The translations under genes were made by a program, and so were the position numbers. Below the pieces are notes generated by a model. The model made no database searches. It saw nothing but the letters and a program-made list of their open reading frames with translations, and had not been told where the DNA came from. DNA of 61,308 bases from an uncultured cyanobacterium. GTDB lineage: Bacteria > Cyanobacteriota > Cyanobacteriia > Cyanobacteriales > Microcystaceae. Each line of letters opens with the position of its first letter. Position 1 is the first letter of the stretch. Positions 22,114 to 31,652 of the stretch are shown in pieces. The stretch is from the NCBI GenBank assembly GCA_963807635.1, contig CAWEDJ010000009.1:1-61308 (forward strand), read 5' to 3'.

Positions 22114-22168
22114 ATGAAAATTGTAACATGGAGTACGTTTTTTTTATTACAAAAAATAAATTTTTTTT

Positions 22169-23907
22169 CTAACTGGGGTTTTCTCGGTATAATACAACGT
22201 CGGTAGGATGTCCCCAGAGAATTTTTTCTTGTTTATAAACGACCATGCCTGGCTTGGCTCCCTTGGGTTTATAAACGTGCTTGGGTTTGGTATAGACGAC
22301 GGGAACCTGGTCACTTTGTTTCGCCCGACTATAATAGGCCGCCCAATTCGCTGCACATTGTAAATCATTTTCTTCGGCCATCGCGCCTGGAGTAAGACGT
22401 AATAAAACATGACTCCCTGCAATTTCCTGACTATGGAACCAGAGGTCATAATCCCCCGCTACCCGAAACGTTAGCTGATCATTTTGTCGATTATTGCGCC
22501 CAATCCAGATTTCAAAACCAGAAGGACTTTGCTGGATATGGGGTTGAAAGGTTTCCGAAGAATGGCGATTGCGAGAAGTATGCTTAATTTCTAAATAATT
22601 TTGGTCAATTAATTCATCTCGAATTTCTTCGAGGGCTAACAAATCGTCAGGGGTTTGGTAATTTTCAATTTGATTTAAACTCTCTTCTACTTGCTCTAAA
22701 TAAACCATTTCCGTTAAAACTTCTGCTAAAAGTGGTCCTACGGCATGACGCGCTCGTTTAAGTTTTTGCTGTTGTTTATAAAGCCATTGGGCATTTTGGA
22801 TAATGGTTTTGTCGGGTTGCAGGGTTATTTTTATCGGTTCATCGGTTTCAAAATCTGGCAGGATCATCTCATTCATTCCCGCTTCCCATTCCTGCAAATG
22901 AGCCATCAATAAATCGGCCTGTTGTCGGTAATCATCGGCTTGATCGGACTGTTGTAATCTTGTTTGGAAAGTCTGAGCTTTTTGAGTTAATTTTGTTAAA
23001 AGTGAGCGAATTTTTTGTAATAGTTGATGACGTAATTGCCCAAAATTTTCCTGAGACTGGCGATCGCGGTAATACTCATTAATCAGAGTTTGAATATGGA
23101 TAAAAGGTTGATGAATGTTAGTATTCAGAACTGTGTAACCCGTTTCTGTCCAAGTGGGGTAAAAATCTCCTTTGTCTAAAATTTTTAGCCAATCTTGCCA
23201 AACTGAAAACAAATTCTGCCAATCGGTTTCACTTAAACTCGTTATCTCCTGTTCAGGTTGTAAATTTGCCCTTTCTAAAAGCGATCGCACGGTTACGGGA
23301 CTTAAGCCCCGATAAAGTTTGATCCATTGTTTGTCAATCTGACCAGGAATTAAACTAATGCGTTCCTGCCAACAATCGCGGGATTCAGATAAACTCGGTG
23401 CAATTCCTGTTAAACTGGGCGGTAATTGATAGGGTTGACCCGTTTCCACTGTCCGCACACGGGACTGATTCGCCGTAACTTGGTGGGCAACGGTAATAAT
23501 TTGCTGATTTGCGTCGGTCAGAATCACATTGCTATATTTCCCCATGATTTCCACATAGAGATGCCAGAGCGGATCTTCATCGGGACGTTGGGCAATTTGC
23601 AGATCAACTACTCGTTCCCAAGGAGCAACCATTGCGATCGCAGTCAGGGCATAGCCTTTTAGCTGATGGCGCAGTTGATCACTAAAGGTAAAAGTATCGG
23701 GCGTGCGGGGCGGTGAGTCGCCAATACATAATCTAGCGGACTGGGGATGCCAAGAATAGTCAACCAGCTTCTTTTTTGTAGAGTTCTTAGTGCAATAGAA
23801 ATGGTATAGCGATCGCGTTGATAAACCTGTTCAATCCGAGCAGGCAACCATTGTAATAGCAGATCTTGGCAAATGGCGGTAAGAGTCGTAAAATCAACGG
23901 TTTGCAT
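22169..23907 (-). CDS. NFACT/RqcH (FbpA-like) ribosome quality-control protein; frameshift ~23750
   Basis: N-terminal MQTVDFTTL; EIMGKYSNVIL, IGRNNRQND, WFHSQEIAGSHV, AAYYSRA, KPKGAKPGMV. Confidence 0.88.
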
Positions 23908-24045
23908 ATTCCCATTTTATCCAAACCTAAAGCATAACAGCTTCACTACTAGGAATTGGTAAACTATCCTCTTCACTCACGATTTTCACGGCTTTCACGA
24001 CTTTCTTCCCTCGGTAGGGTTTAGCCTATGAAAAAAACTTGCTAA

Positions 24046-24294
24046 TTAATGGGGATCAGGTAAATTAAAGAGTTCATCGCCGATTAAATCGGGTAAATTT
24101 TCGGTGTGGACGTGTAGATGGGTAATCGAGCCGATTAGTTCAGCCAGAATATCTCCTTTTTGATCATCAGTCAGTTTAGATAATTTGAGTTGATTTAAGA
24201 GCAGTAAAACGGTATGGCATTCTTCTCTCAGTTCAGAAAGTAGCGTCTCTAAAGTTGAATTAACTGTTAAGGTTTTTTCTGTGTTAATTAGCAT
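24046..24294 (-). CDS. Small acidic helical hypothetical protein (second gene of pair)
   Basis: 82 aa; ATG immediately follows the upstream TAA. Confidence 0.7.
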   Translation of the reverse strand: MLINTEKTLTVNSTLETLLSELREECHTVLLLLNQLKLSKLTDDQKGDILAELIGSITHLHVHTENLPDLIGDELFNLPDPH

Positions 24295-24486
24295 TTAATG
24301 GCCTCGTTTTAATCTTTTTTCTGCTTTAGCTAAACTTTTTTCTAATCCAGCGATCTCTCGTCTCCAGTAGTGGATTAAATTTTCATCGGGCAATTCTTTT
24401 TGCTGTTCATCGGTAATTTTTTGATGGTGTCTGATAATTTGATAACGCAAACTTTCAACTGATTTACGAAACTGCTTTTTGGACAA
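24295..24486 (-). CDS. Small basic helical hypothetical protein (first gene of pair)
   Basis: 63 aa; AGGAGG RBS before TTG; H.QKI...LIHYWRREI motif. Confidence 0.7.
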   Translation of the reverse strand: MSKKQFRKSVESLRYQIIRHHQKITDEQQKELPDENLIHYWRREIAGLEKSLAKAEKRLKRGH

Positions 24487-24691
24487 GTACTGCCTCCTTA
24501 TCGAGTGTTATTCTCCTAATTTTACTATAATGATCGGGATTTTAGGAAAAAGGCGTTCACGATTTTTTTTAAAGAAGTTGATAAAACCGTTTGGAACGCA
24601 ACCAATCACCTATTCCTATTCTAGAGTCGGGTATGGGTCTTGCGATCGCATTATTTTAAGCCGTGTTTCAAAGCTTCAGAAAATTTATGGG

Positions 24692-24732
24692 ATTAATCTA
24701 GGCTTAACGAAAGCTTATTCTAATCTTAAAAG
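24692..24732 (+). promoter_or_regulatory. Pho-box-like (SphR) array
   Basis: ATTAATCT-agg-CTTAACGA-aag-CTTATTCT-aat-CTTAAAAG, 11-bp period; TATAAT at 24752-24757. Confidence 0.55.
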
Positions 24733-24809
24733 TGAAAATCAACCAAACATTTATAATTTTAGTGATAAGGCGAAAAAAAATAGCACATTCCAAAAATTTC
24801 AATTAATCC

Positions 24810-25961
24810 ATGTTAGAAAGTTTGTCTCTTCTAGAAAAATCGAATAGTGTGGAGCGTTTATCTTTAGATAATTATCGTGTATCCTCAGAGACTTTAACTG
24901 AAATTGCTAAGGATTATTTATTAGAAAATCCGAATTTATCAGGCGTTCTAATCACAGAAAATGATCAAGTGATTGGTTCCATTGCTCGGCGGGCTTTATT
25001 TGAAAAATTAAGTAAAGAATTTAGCCATGCTCTTTATGCCACTAAACCAATTCGCGTTATTCTCAATAGCTTTAAAGAAGAAGTATTAAAAGTTTCTGCC
25101 AATACCCTGATCACCGATGCCGTTAAATTATGTTTCTCTCGCCCTGCAAAATTAACCTACGATCCCATTATCGTCGTTAAAAATGGACAAGAATTAGGAA
25201 TGTTAGATTTCAGTAAACTGATTCTAGCCCAGTCAGAAATGTTTTCCATTTTGAATGAACAATTAACCCAACAAGACCAAGAATTACGAAGTTCTGCGGA
25301 ACGCTTGGAAGAACAGGGGAAAAATATTCAAGAATATGCCGTACAGCTTGAAATTCAACAACAGGAATTACAACAGCGAAATATTTTATTAGAAGATCAA
25401 AAAGAAAAATTACGACAACAAACTGAAGAATTATCAATTAAAATCACTGAACTATCAGAAAAGACAGAAGAAATTTCTAATTTAAATAAACGCTTTGAAG
25501 AGGTTGGTATTCTGTTATCAAGAGAAGGCGAAAGAACCCTAAATGACTTGAGATATGGGGTAGAAACTGTTATTCAGTTTACTCAAAAAATTAATGTTAT
25601 TAGTGATGATTTTCAGGAAAAATTAACCATCATTAATCAGGGCAATGATTTAATTAATACAATCAGTAAGCGTGTCGAAAATTTGTCTTTTCAAGCGTCC
25701 ATTATCGGTGCAAAACTCCCTAAAAATGACAGTATTAAAATTCCTTTTAATATGATTATTGAAGAAATTGAGAAACTGAGCGTACAAATTCTCGAAGCGA
25801 ATACGACAAGTAACAAAATTTCTAAAGCCATTCGATCGCAGATTTATACCTTAGTCAAAACAGCCAAAGAAAACCAAGACGTTGTTACAACTCTTTCTCA
25901 AAATTCCCAGAATACAGAAATGGCTCTAGCGAGTCTTTCTCAATTGCTCATAGGAGATTAA
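24810..25961 (+). CDS. Soluble CBS-pair / coiled-coil / MCP-signalling-like protein
   Basis: CBS-like N-terminus (GVLITE..VIGSIAR; YDPIIV...LGML); Q/E-rich coiled coil; INTISKRVENLSFQASI...FNMIIEEIEKLS resembles the MCP hairpin tip; no TM segment. Confidence 0.7.
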   Translation: MLESLSLLEKSNSVERLSLDNYRVSSETLTEIAKDYLLENPNLSGVLITENDQVIGSIARRALFEKLSKEFSHALYATKPIRVILNSFKEEVLKVSANTLITDAVKLCFSRPAKLTYDPIIVVKNGQELGMLDFSKLILAQSEMFSILNEQLTQQDQELRSSAERLEEQGKNIQEYAVQLEIQQQELQQRNILLEDQKEKLRQQTEELSIKITELSEKTEEISNLNKRFEEVGILLSREGERTLNDLRYGVETVIQFTQKINVISDDFQEKLTIINQGNDLINTISKRVENLSFQASIIGAKLPKNDSIKIPFNMIIEEIEKLSVQILEANTTSNKISKAIRSQIYTLVKTAKENQDVVTTLSQNSQNTEMALASLSQLLIGD

Positions 25962-26021
25962 TAATTAACTTTAAAAGCGATCGCACTTTAACCTCCACAA
26001 ACCGCGATCGCGCCTGTTTAA

Positions 26022-26835
26022 TCATTTTAAATTCAAAAACTTATCCAAAGAAGTAATCATTTGAGGCGGCCAACGACGGATCGTTTTTACCCAATCCAGA
26101 TCTTGATAACGATCATCAATCGCAACAGCGGCTACCCAATTACTTTCCGCTTCCCCCTGCTGGCCTTCACTCCAAAGAACAGCCGTTAAAGCCGCCCGCA
26201 TATCGGGAAACATGGGATATTTTCTGACCAAATCCCGCATCGTTTTTAATGCTTCTTTGGTTTCACCAATTTCGTAGAGAGCTAGGGCCGTATTCGCACG
26301 GGCAAAGGCAAAATCTGGGGCAATTTTAGAGGCTTTTTGAAAATCGGCGATCGCGTCTTGCCACTGGCCCAAAGCCCCCTCCGCGTTCCCTCGATTGTTA
26401 TAGGCCGATCGGATCTTGGGGATCGATTGCTAAAACCTTATTGTAATCGGCGATCGCGGCTTCATATTTTCCCTGTCCTTCAAGGGCGGCTCCTCGATTG
26501 AGATAGGGATCGGGCTGATCGGGAGCTAACTTAATCGCCTGATCAAAATCTTCAATGGCCAAAGCCAACTTATTTTGACTCACACGGGAATTACCGCGAT
26601 TACTCCAAACGGCAGGATTTTGGGGGAACTCTTGGATTAAGGTTGTCCAATAGGATTCTGCTTGGGAAAAATCGCTTTTTTCTGTGGCTGCAAACGCTTT
26701 TTGGAAAATTTCTTCCCCCGCTTGCAATTGCTCCTCTGTAACTGAAAGATCAGCCTTTGCTTGAGCCTGAACGGGAAGCATCATCATTGTCCACAGAAAC
26801 CCTACCGTGAGCAACGCACAAATCCAACGAGCCAT
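26022..26835 (-). CDS. Secreted TPR protein; frameshift ~26405
   Basis: Signal peptide; WSNRGN, YLNRG, AIADY/AIADF TPR motifs across two ORFs. Confidence 0.85.
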
Positions 26836-26883
26836 TTTAATCCCCTAATTTTGCTGAAGTTATGAATAATTCCCCTATGGTAT

Positions 26884-27420
26884 CTAATCCTTTTGATTCA
26901 TGGTGGCTAAATAGGATTGATAACCGATTTTTTCTAGGGTAAATTGTTTTTCTAAGACGGATTCTTGTAAATTTTGGCGATAGGCTTGTACTTTTGCCAA
27001 TAATTCAGGATCATGACTAGCTAGGATTTGAATGGCCAAAAGTCCAGCATTTTTTCCATTCCCGATCGCGACGGTGGCGACAGGAATGCCTGCGGGCATC
27101 TGCACAATGGAATAAAGGGAATCAACCCCCTGCAAAGTTCGGGTTTGCACAGGAACGCCAATCACTGGTAACGGGGTCAAAGAGGCAACCATGCCAGGTA
27201 AATGGGCCGCTCCCCCTGCACCTGCAATAATGACTTTCAATCCCCGTTCATGGGCAGTTTGAGCATAGCTCACCATGCGCTCAGGAGTCCGATGGGCCGA
27301 GACGATCGCCACCTCGCAAGTAATCTCAAATTCTTCACAGACCGCGATCGCAGCTTGCATCGTCGGCAAATCCGAATCACTGCCCATAATAATCCCAACG
27401 ACGGGAGAAACATCAGCCAT
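26884..27420 (-). CDS. purE: N5-carboxyaminoimidazole ribonucleotide mutase
   Basis: [35 protein letters not shown]. Confidence 0.97.
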   Translation of the reverse strand: MADVSPVVGIIMGSDSDLPTMQAAIAVCEEFEITCEVAIVSAHRTPERMVSYAQTAHERGLKVIIAGAGGAAHLPGMVASLTPLPVIGVPVQTRTLQGVDSLYSIVQMPAGIPVATVAIGNGKNAGLLAIQILASHDPELLAKVQAYRQNLQESVLEKQFTLEKIGYQSYLATMNQKD

Positions 27421-27569
27421 ACCAATAAAATAATTAAATAGATCAAAACCGATTGTAACTTGAGCCAGGGTAAAGCTAGTTTTTGGATTAAAGCCTATTA
27501 TTTTTTTCGTAAAATTGCAATAATTAAAACACTGAATAGAATTTGTCTGAATAATGAGGAGTAATTTTC

Positions 27570-27929
27570 ATGACCCTTAACGTTGTCCACTTAGTCGGTC
27601 GTGTAGGAAGAGATCCAGAGGTGAAATACTTTGATTCGGGAAGTGTTAAATGTACATTTAGCCTTGCAGTCAACCGAATCAAAAAAGACGATCCCCCCGA
27701 TTGGTTTGACCTCGAATTATGGGGAAAAACAGCCGAAGTAGCCGCAAATTATGTCAAAAAAGGCCGCCAGATCGGGGTTGAAGGTTCAATAAAGTTTGAC
27801 ACATGGAGCGATCGCAACACTGGAATAGAGCGTTCCAAACCCATAATTCGTGTAGAAAGACTAGATTTAAGTATTGGTTCTAAACGAGATAACGAATCCT
27901 CAATGGGCTATTCAGGGAGCGAATTCTAA
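27570..27929 (+). CDS. ssb: Single-stranded DNA-binding protein
   Basis: N.VHLVGRVGRDPEVKYF, WGKTAE, KKGRQIGVEG. Confidence 0.95.
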   Translation: MTLNVVHLVGRVGRDPEVKYFDSGSVKCTFSLAVNRIKKDDPPDWFDLELWGKTAEVAANYVKKGRQIGVEGSIKFDTWSDRNTGIERSKPIIRVERLDLSIGSKRDNESSMGYSGSEF

Positions 27930-27986
27930 GCCATTTAATGAAATATCAAATCTCGTAGGGGTTTGGTTTCCAAATCCCAAAAATAT

Positions 27987-28063
27987 TAGGACTTATACTT
28001 AATTTTCAGATTTTCCTGTAGGGGCGTAAGGCTTACGCCCAATAGAATTATGTAAAAGTCCTA
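27987..28063. mobile_element. MITE-like element, family C (TAGGACTT...AAGTCCTA) carrying a GTAG REP
   Basis: 8-bp terminal IR with TA ends; internal GTAGGGGCGTAAGGCTTACGCCC. Confidence 0.7.
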
Positions 28064-28175
28064 AATCCTATTTGATTTGTTATTAGACCCCAATCCTCTG
28101 GGAGTAAATGATAAAGTTTGCTACTCAACAGAACTTGATATCAATCCTTCGCAACCAATATAATCCAAAATTTTC

Positions 28176-29306
28176 ATGAAATATTCCCTCGTGCATGAAT
28201 GGCTCACCCCAAAAGCAACGGGAGGATCAGAGTTAGTCGTTGAACAAATATTGCAAAATATTGAAGCTGATATTTACACACTAATTGACTTTGAATCAAC
28301 TAATCCCGATAGTTACTTATTTGGGCGCGACATTGGAACGACTTTCTTACAAAACTTTCCCCTCGCTAAAAATGGGGTTCAAAAATATCTTCCCCTCTTA
28401 CCCCTCGCCATTGAACAATTAGATTTAGCCGCCTATGATGTTATTCTCTCCTCGTCCCATGCCGTTGCCAAAGGCGTTTTAACCAATCCCCAGCAACTTC
28501 ATCTTTGTTATTGTCATACCCCCATGCGCTATGCCTGGGATTTGACCTTTGATTATCTCAATAACAGCCGTCTAGGAAAAGGAATACCTGGCATTCTAAC
28601 TCGTCAGGTCCTCCACCAACTTCGTCAATGGGATGTTATCTCAGCCAATCGAGTAGATTATTTTATGGCCAATTCCCGCCATACCGCCCGCCGAATTTGG
28701 AGATGTTATCGACGGGAAGCAGAAGTTATTTATCCGCCCGTTAATATCGATCGCTTTCCCTATCAAGAAAAAAAAGAAGATTTTTACTTAACGGTCTCTC
28801 GTTTGGTAAGCTATAAACAAATTAAATTGATCATTAGAGCCTTTAATGAGTTAGGTTATCCTCTCGTCGTCATCGGTGACGGGCCAGATTTACCTATGTT
28901 GCGTCAATTAGCTAAACCCAATATTCAACTATTAGGGAGTCAGCCAGACGCGATCGTTGAACAATATATGGCTGAGGCAAAGGCTTTTGTCTATGCCGCC
29001 TGTGAAGACTTTGGCATTGCCCTTGTTGAAGCTCAAGCCTGTGGAACCCCTGTTATTGCCTACGGAAAAGGAGGAGCCTTGGAAACTGTTCTAGATATTC
29101 ATCAATATCCTGAAACAGGCACTGGATTATTCTTTTCTGAGCAAGATCCCCGTTCCCTGGTGGAAACCGTTGAAACTTTTTCCCAAATTAACCATCAATT
29201 TAATTCAGAGAGTTGCCGCACCCAATCGGCAAAATTCTCTCAAAAAATCTTTGTAACGTCTTATTTAGCGTTCTTAGAGCAATGTTGTCAGCGTTTTTTT
29301 TCCTAA
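28176..29306 (+). CDS. Glycosyltransferase family 4
   Basis: HEWL...GGSE, YCHTPMRY, EDFGIALVEAQACGTPVI. Confidence 0.92.
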   Translation: MKYSLVHEWLTPKATGGSELVVEQILQNIEADIYTLIDFESTNPDSYLFGRDIGTTFLQNFPLAKNGVQKYLPLLPLAIEQLDLAAYDVILSSSHAVAKGVLTNPQQLHLCYCHTPMRYAWDLTFDYLNNSRLGKGIPGILTRQVLHQLRQWDVISANRVDYFMANSRHTARRIWRCYRREAEVIYPPVNIDRFPYQEKKEDFYLTVSRLVSYKQIKLIIRAFNELGYPLVVIGDGPDLPMLRQLAKPNIQLLGSQPDAIVEQYMAEAKAFVYAACEDFGIALVEAQACGTPVIAYGKGGALETVLDIHQYPETGTGLFFSEQDPRSLVETVETFSQINHQFNSESCRTQSAKFSQKIFVTSYLAFLEQCCQRFFS

Positions 29307-29380
29307 GCTCGACAACGGTTTTTTATATTTTATTGCCCATATTTGTCTAATTAGACTAATCAGGCTTTATCATTGGGACA

Positions 29381-29407
29381 GTGTGGTGTGATGTGATGTG
29401 AAGGAGT
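29381..29407 (+). promoter_or_regulatory. Putative Yfr1 sRNA pairing site overlapping the RBS
   Basis: GTGTGGTGTG-ATGTGATGTGA-AGGAGT, complementary to the Yfr1 core ACUCCUCACACCACAC. Confidence 0.6.
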
Positions 29408-29410
29408 ACG

Positions 29411-30142
29411 ATGACTGCGAATAGCCAATTTATCCCCGTCAAGGCGATACAAGCTTTGATGAGACGTGGGTCACCCCCGACGTTCTCTCCAAGACGATAC
29501 CAACGTCCCTGGGTAAATGCCCTCGATGGTGTTATCTTTAAGCGATTCTTTGATATTGCTTTTTCTCTGTGTGTGTTAATTGTTTTTTCCCCCCTATATC
29601 TAGTTTTAGCTGTATTAATTAAAATTGATTCTCCTGGCCCAATTTTTTATATCCAGCAACGGGTCGGCAAAAACCATAAACGTTTTGGTTGTATTAAGTT
29701 CCGAACGATGGTCACGGATGCAGACGAAATTTTAGAGTCTCTAATTGCCGATTGTCCCCATACTAGGACTGAGTTTGAAAACAACTTTAAGTTGCGAGAA
29801 GATCCGCGCATTACTTGGATTGGAAAATTTCTTCGTCTAACAAGTTTGGATGAGTTTCCCCAGTTTTGGAATGTTTTGAGGGGAGATATGAGCGTGGTCG
29901 GCCCTAGACCCTTAGTCCCTGAAGAACTCCACAAGTATGGCCACCGTATTGATAAAATCCTAACTATCCGCCCTGGTTTAACGGGACTCTGGCAAGTATC
30001 GGGACGTAATGACATTCCCTATCCCCAACGGGTTCAGATTGATGTCTATTACGTTAATTACCGTAACTGGCTAATGGATCTTTGGGTAATAGTAAAAACT
30101 ATCGGTGTTGTTATTTTCCCCAACAATAATGGGGCTTACTAG
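29411..30142 (+). CDS. Priming sugar transferase (WcaJ/WbaP-like C-terminal domain)
   Basis: KRFFDI, KFRTM, DPRIT, SLDEFPQ, GDMSVVGPRP, PGLTGLWQ. Confidence 0.93.
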   Translation: MTANSQFIPVKAIQALMRRGSPPTFSPRRYQRPWVNALDGVIFKRFFDIAFSLCVLIVFSPLYLVLAVLIKIDSPGPIFYIQQRVGKNHKRFGCIKFRTMVTDADEILESLIADCPHTRTEFENNFKLREDPRITWIGKFLRLTSLDEFPQFWNVLRGDMSVVGPRPLVPEELHKYGHRIDKILTIRPGLTGLWQVSGRNDIPYPQRVQIDVYYVNYRNWLMDLWVIVKTIGVVIFPNNNGAY

Positions 30143-30459
30143 TATTATTTTGACTGATAACCAATCGTTGTGGCGATTCGATGGTTCTACCGGTTGTGTC
30201 TCCAGCGCTTTAAGCAGACGATAAATTTTTAAGCCTCCTGGTTAAGCCTCTTGTTTATCTTGAAAACATGGGGTTTTTTTCTAGGCATATTAAGCAGGAG
30301 TTGAAAATAGTCAGTTTAGCGCGACGAATCGAACCAATTAACAGAACGGTAGCAAAAATTACTAACAACAGAATATTCCTTGACTAAATTGCCTAGTCTG
30401 GTATCTTTAAAACTTGAGAATGAGTTGTTCACATAACATTAAGGGTAAGGAATTTATCA

Positions 30460-31548
30460 ATGTCCGAATCAAAATCTGCTCTAATTACGGGGATTACGGG
30501 TCAAGACGGCTCTTATTTAAGCGAATTTTTACTAGAGAAAGGTTATACCGTTCACGGAATCATTCGTCGAACTTCTACATTTAACACCGATCGCATCGAT
30601 CATCTCTATACCGATCCTCATGATCCCAATGCAAAATTATTATTGCATTACGGTGATTTGACGGACGGTACAACACTGCGACGAATTTTAGAGGAAGTTA
30701 AACCCGTTGAAATTTATAATCTGGGAGCCCAATCCCACGTTCGAGTCAGTTTTGATTCTCCTGAATATACGGTGGACTCTGTTGGAATGGGGACTCTACG
30801 ATTATTAGAAGCAATTCGGGACTATCAACAACGGACAGGAATCGAAGTTCGTTTTTATCAAGCGGGTTCGTCGGAAATGTTTGGTAAAGTTCAGGATGTT
30901 CCCCAAAAGGAAACTACTCCCTTTTATCCCCGTAGTCCCTACGCCTGTGCAAAAGTTTACGGCCATTGGCAGACGGTGAATTATCGCGAATCCTATGATT
31001 TATTTGCCTGTAATGGGATTTTGTTTAATCATGAATCTCCTCGACGGGGTGAGACTTTTGTGACTCGCAAAATTACCAGGGCGATCGCGCGGATTGTCGC
31101 AGGAACCCAGAAAAAATTATACCTGGGCAATTTAGACTCCAAACGGGATTGGGGCTATGCCAAGGATTATGTAAAAGCTATGTGGTTAATGCTCCAACAT
31201 GATCAACCTGATGATTACGTTATTGCGACAGGAGAAACCTACGCCATTAAACAATTTCTGGAAATTGCCTTTAATTATGTCAATCTGAACTGGGAAGATT
31301 TTGTCGCCTTTGATGAACGCTATCTACGTCCTGCTGAAGTGGATCTGTTGATTGGTGATCCTACTAAAGCTATCAAAACCTTGGGGTGGTCGCATTCCGT
31401 TACCTTTGAAGAATTAGTGCGTCTGATGGTAGAAGCAGATTTGGCTGTATTGGGTCTATCTTCTCCCAACCGAACGGAACGGGAAGAATTTTTATTGTCC
31501 CAGGACAATGCCTTTGTTCGTCAACCGATGAGTATGATGGTCGATTAA
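30460..31548 (+). CDS. gmd: GDP-mannose 4,6-dehydratase
   Basis: [42 protein letters not shown]. Confidence 0.97.
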   Translation: MSESKSALITGITGQDGSYLSEFLLEKGYTVHGIIRRTSTFNTDRIDHLYTDPHDPNAKLLLHYGDLTDGTTLRRILEEVKPVEIYNLGAQSHVRVSFDSPEYTVDSVGMGTLRLLEAIRDYQQRTGIEVRFYQAGSSEMFGKVQDVPQKETTPFYPRSPYACAKVYGHWQTVNYRESYDLFACNGILFNHESPRRGETFVTRKITRAIARIVAGTQKKLYLGNLDSKRDWGYAKDYVKAMWLMLQHDQPDDYVIATGETYAIKQFLEIAFNYVNLNWEDFVAFDERYLRPAEVDLLIGDPTKAIKTLGWSHSVTFEELVRLMVEADLAVLGLSSPNRTEREEFLLSQDNAFVRQPMSMMVD

Positions 31549-31652
31549 GGTTCTTTGTTGTGAGGGGGGAATTCCTGGAGTTCCCTCGCCAAGTATTTTG
31601 TTAGTTTTTATCACCCGTCAGTACACCCATTCACTCACAAAGGATTTTGATT

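Noticed and set aside
24479..24847. 122-aa ORF spanning the intergenic region
   Set aside because: TTG start, overlaps both neighbours, covers promoter elements and has no recognisable protein features
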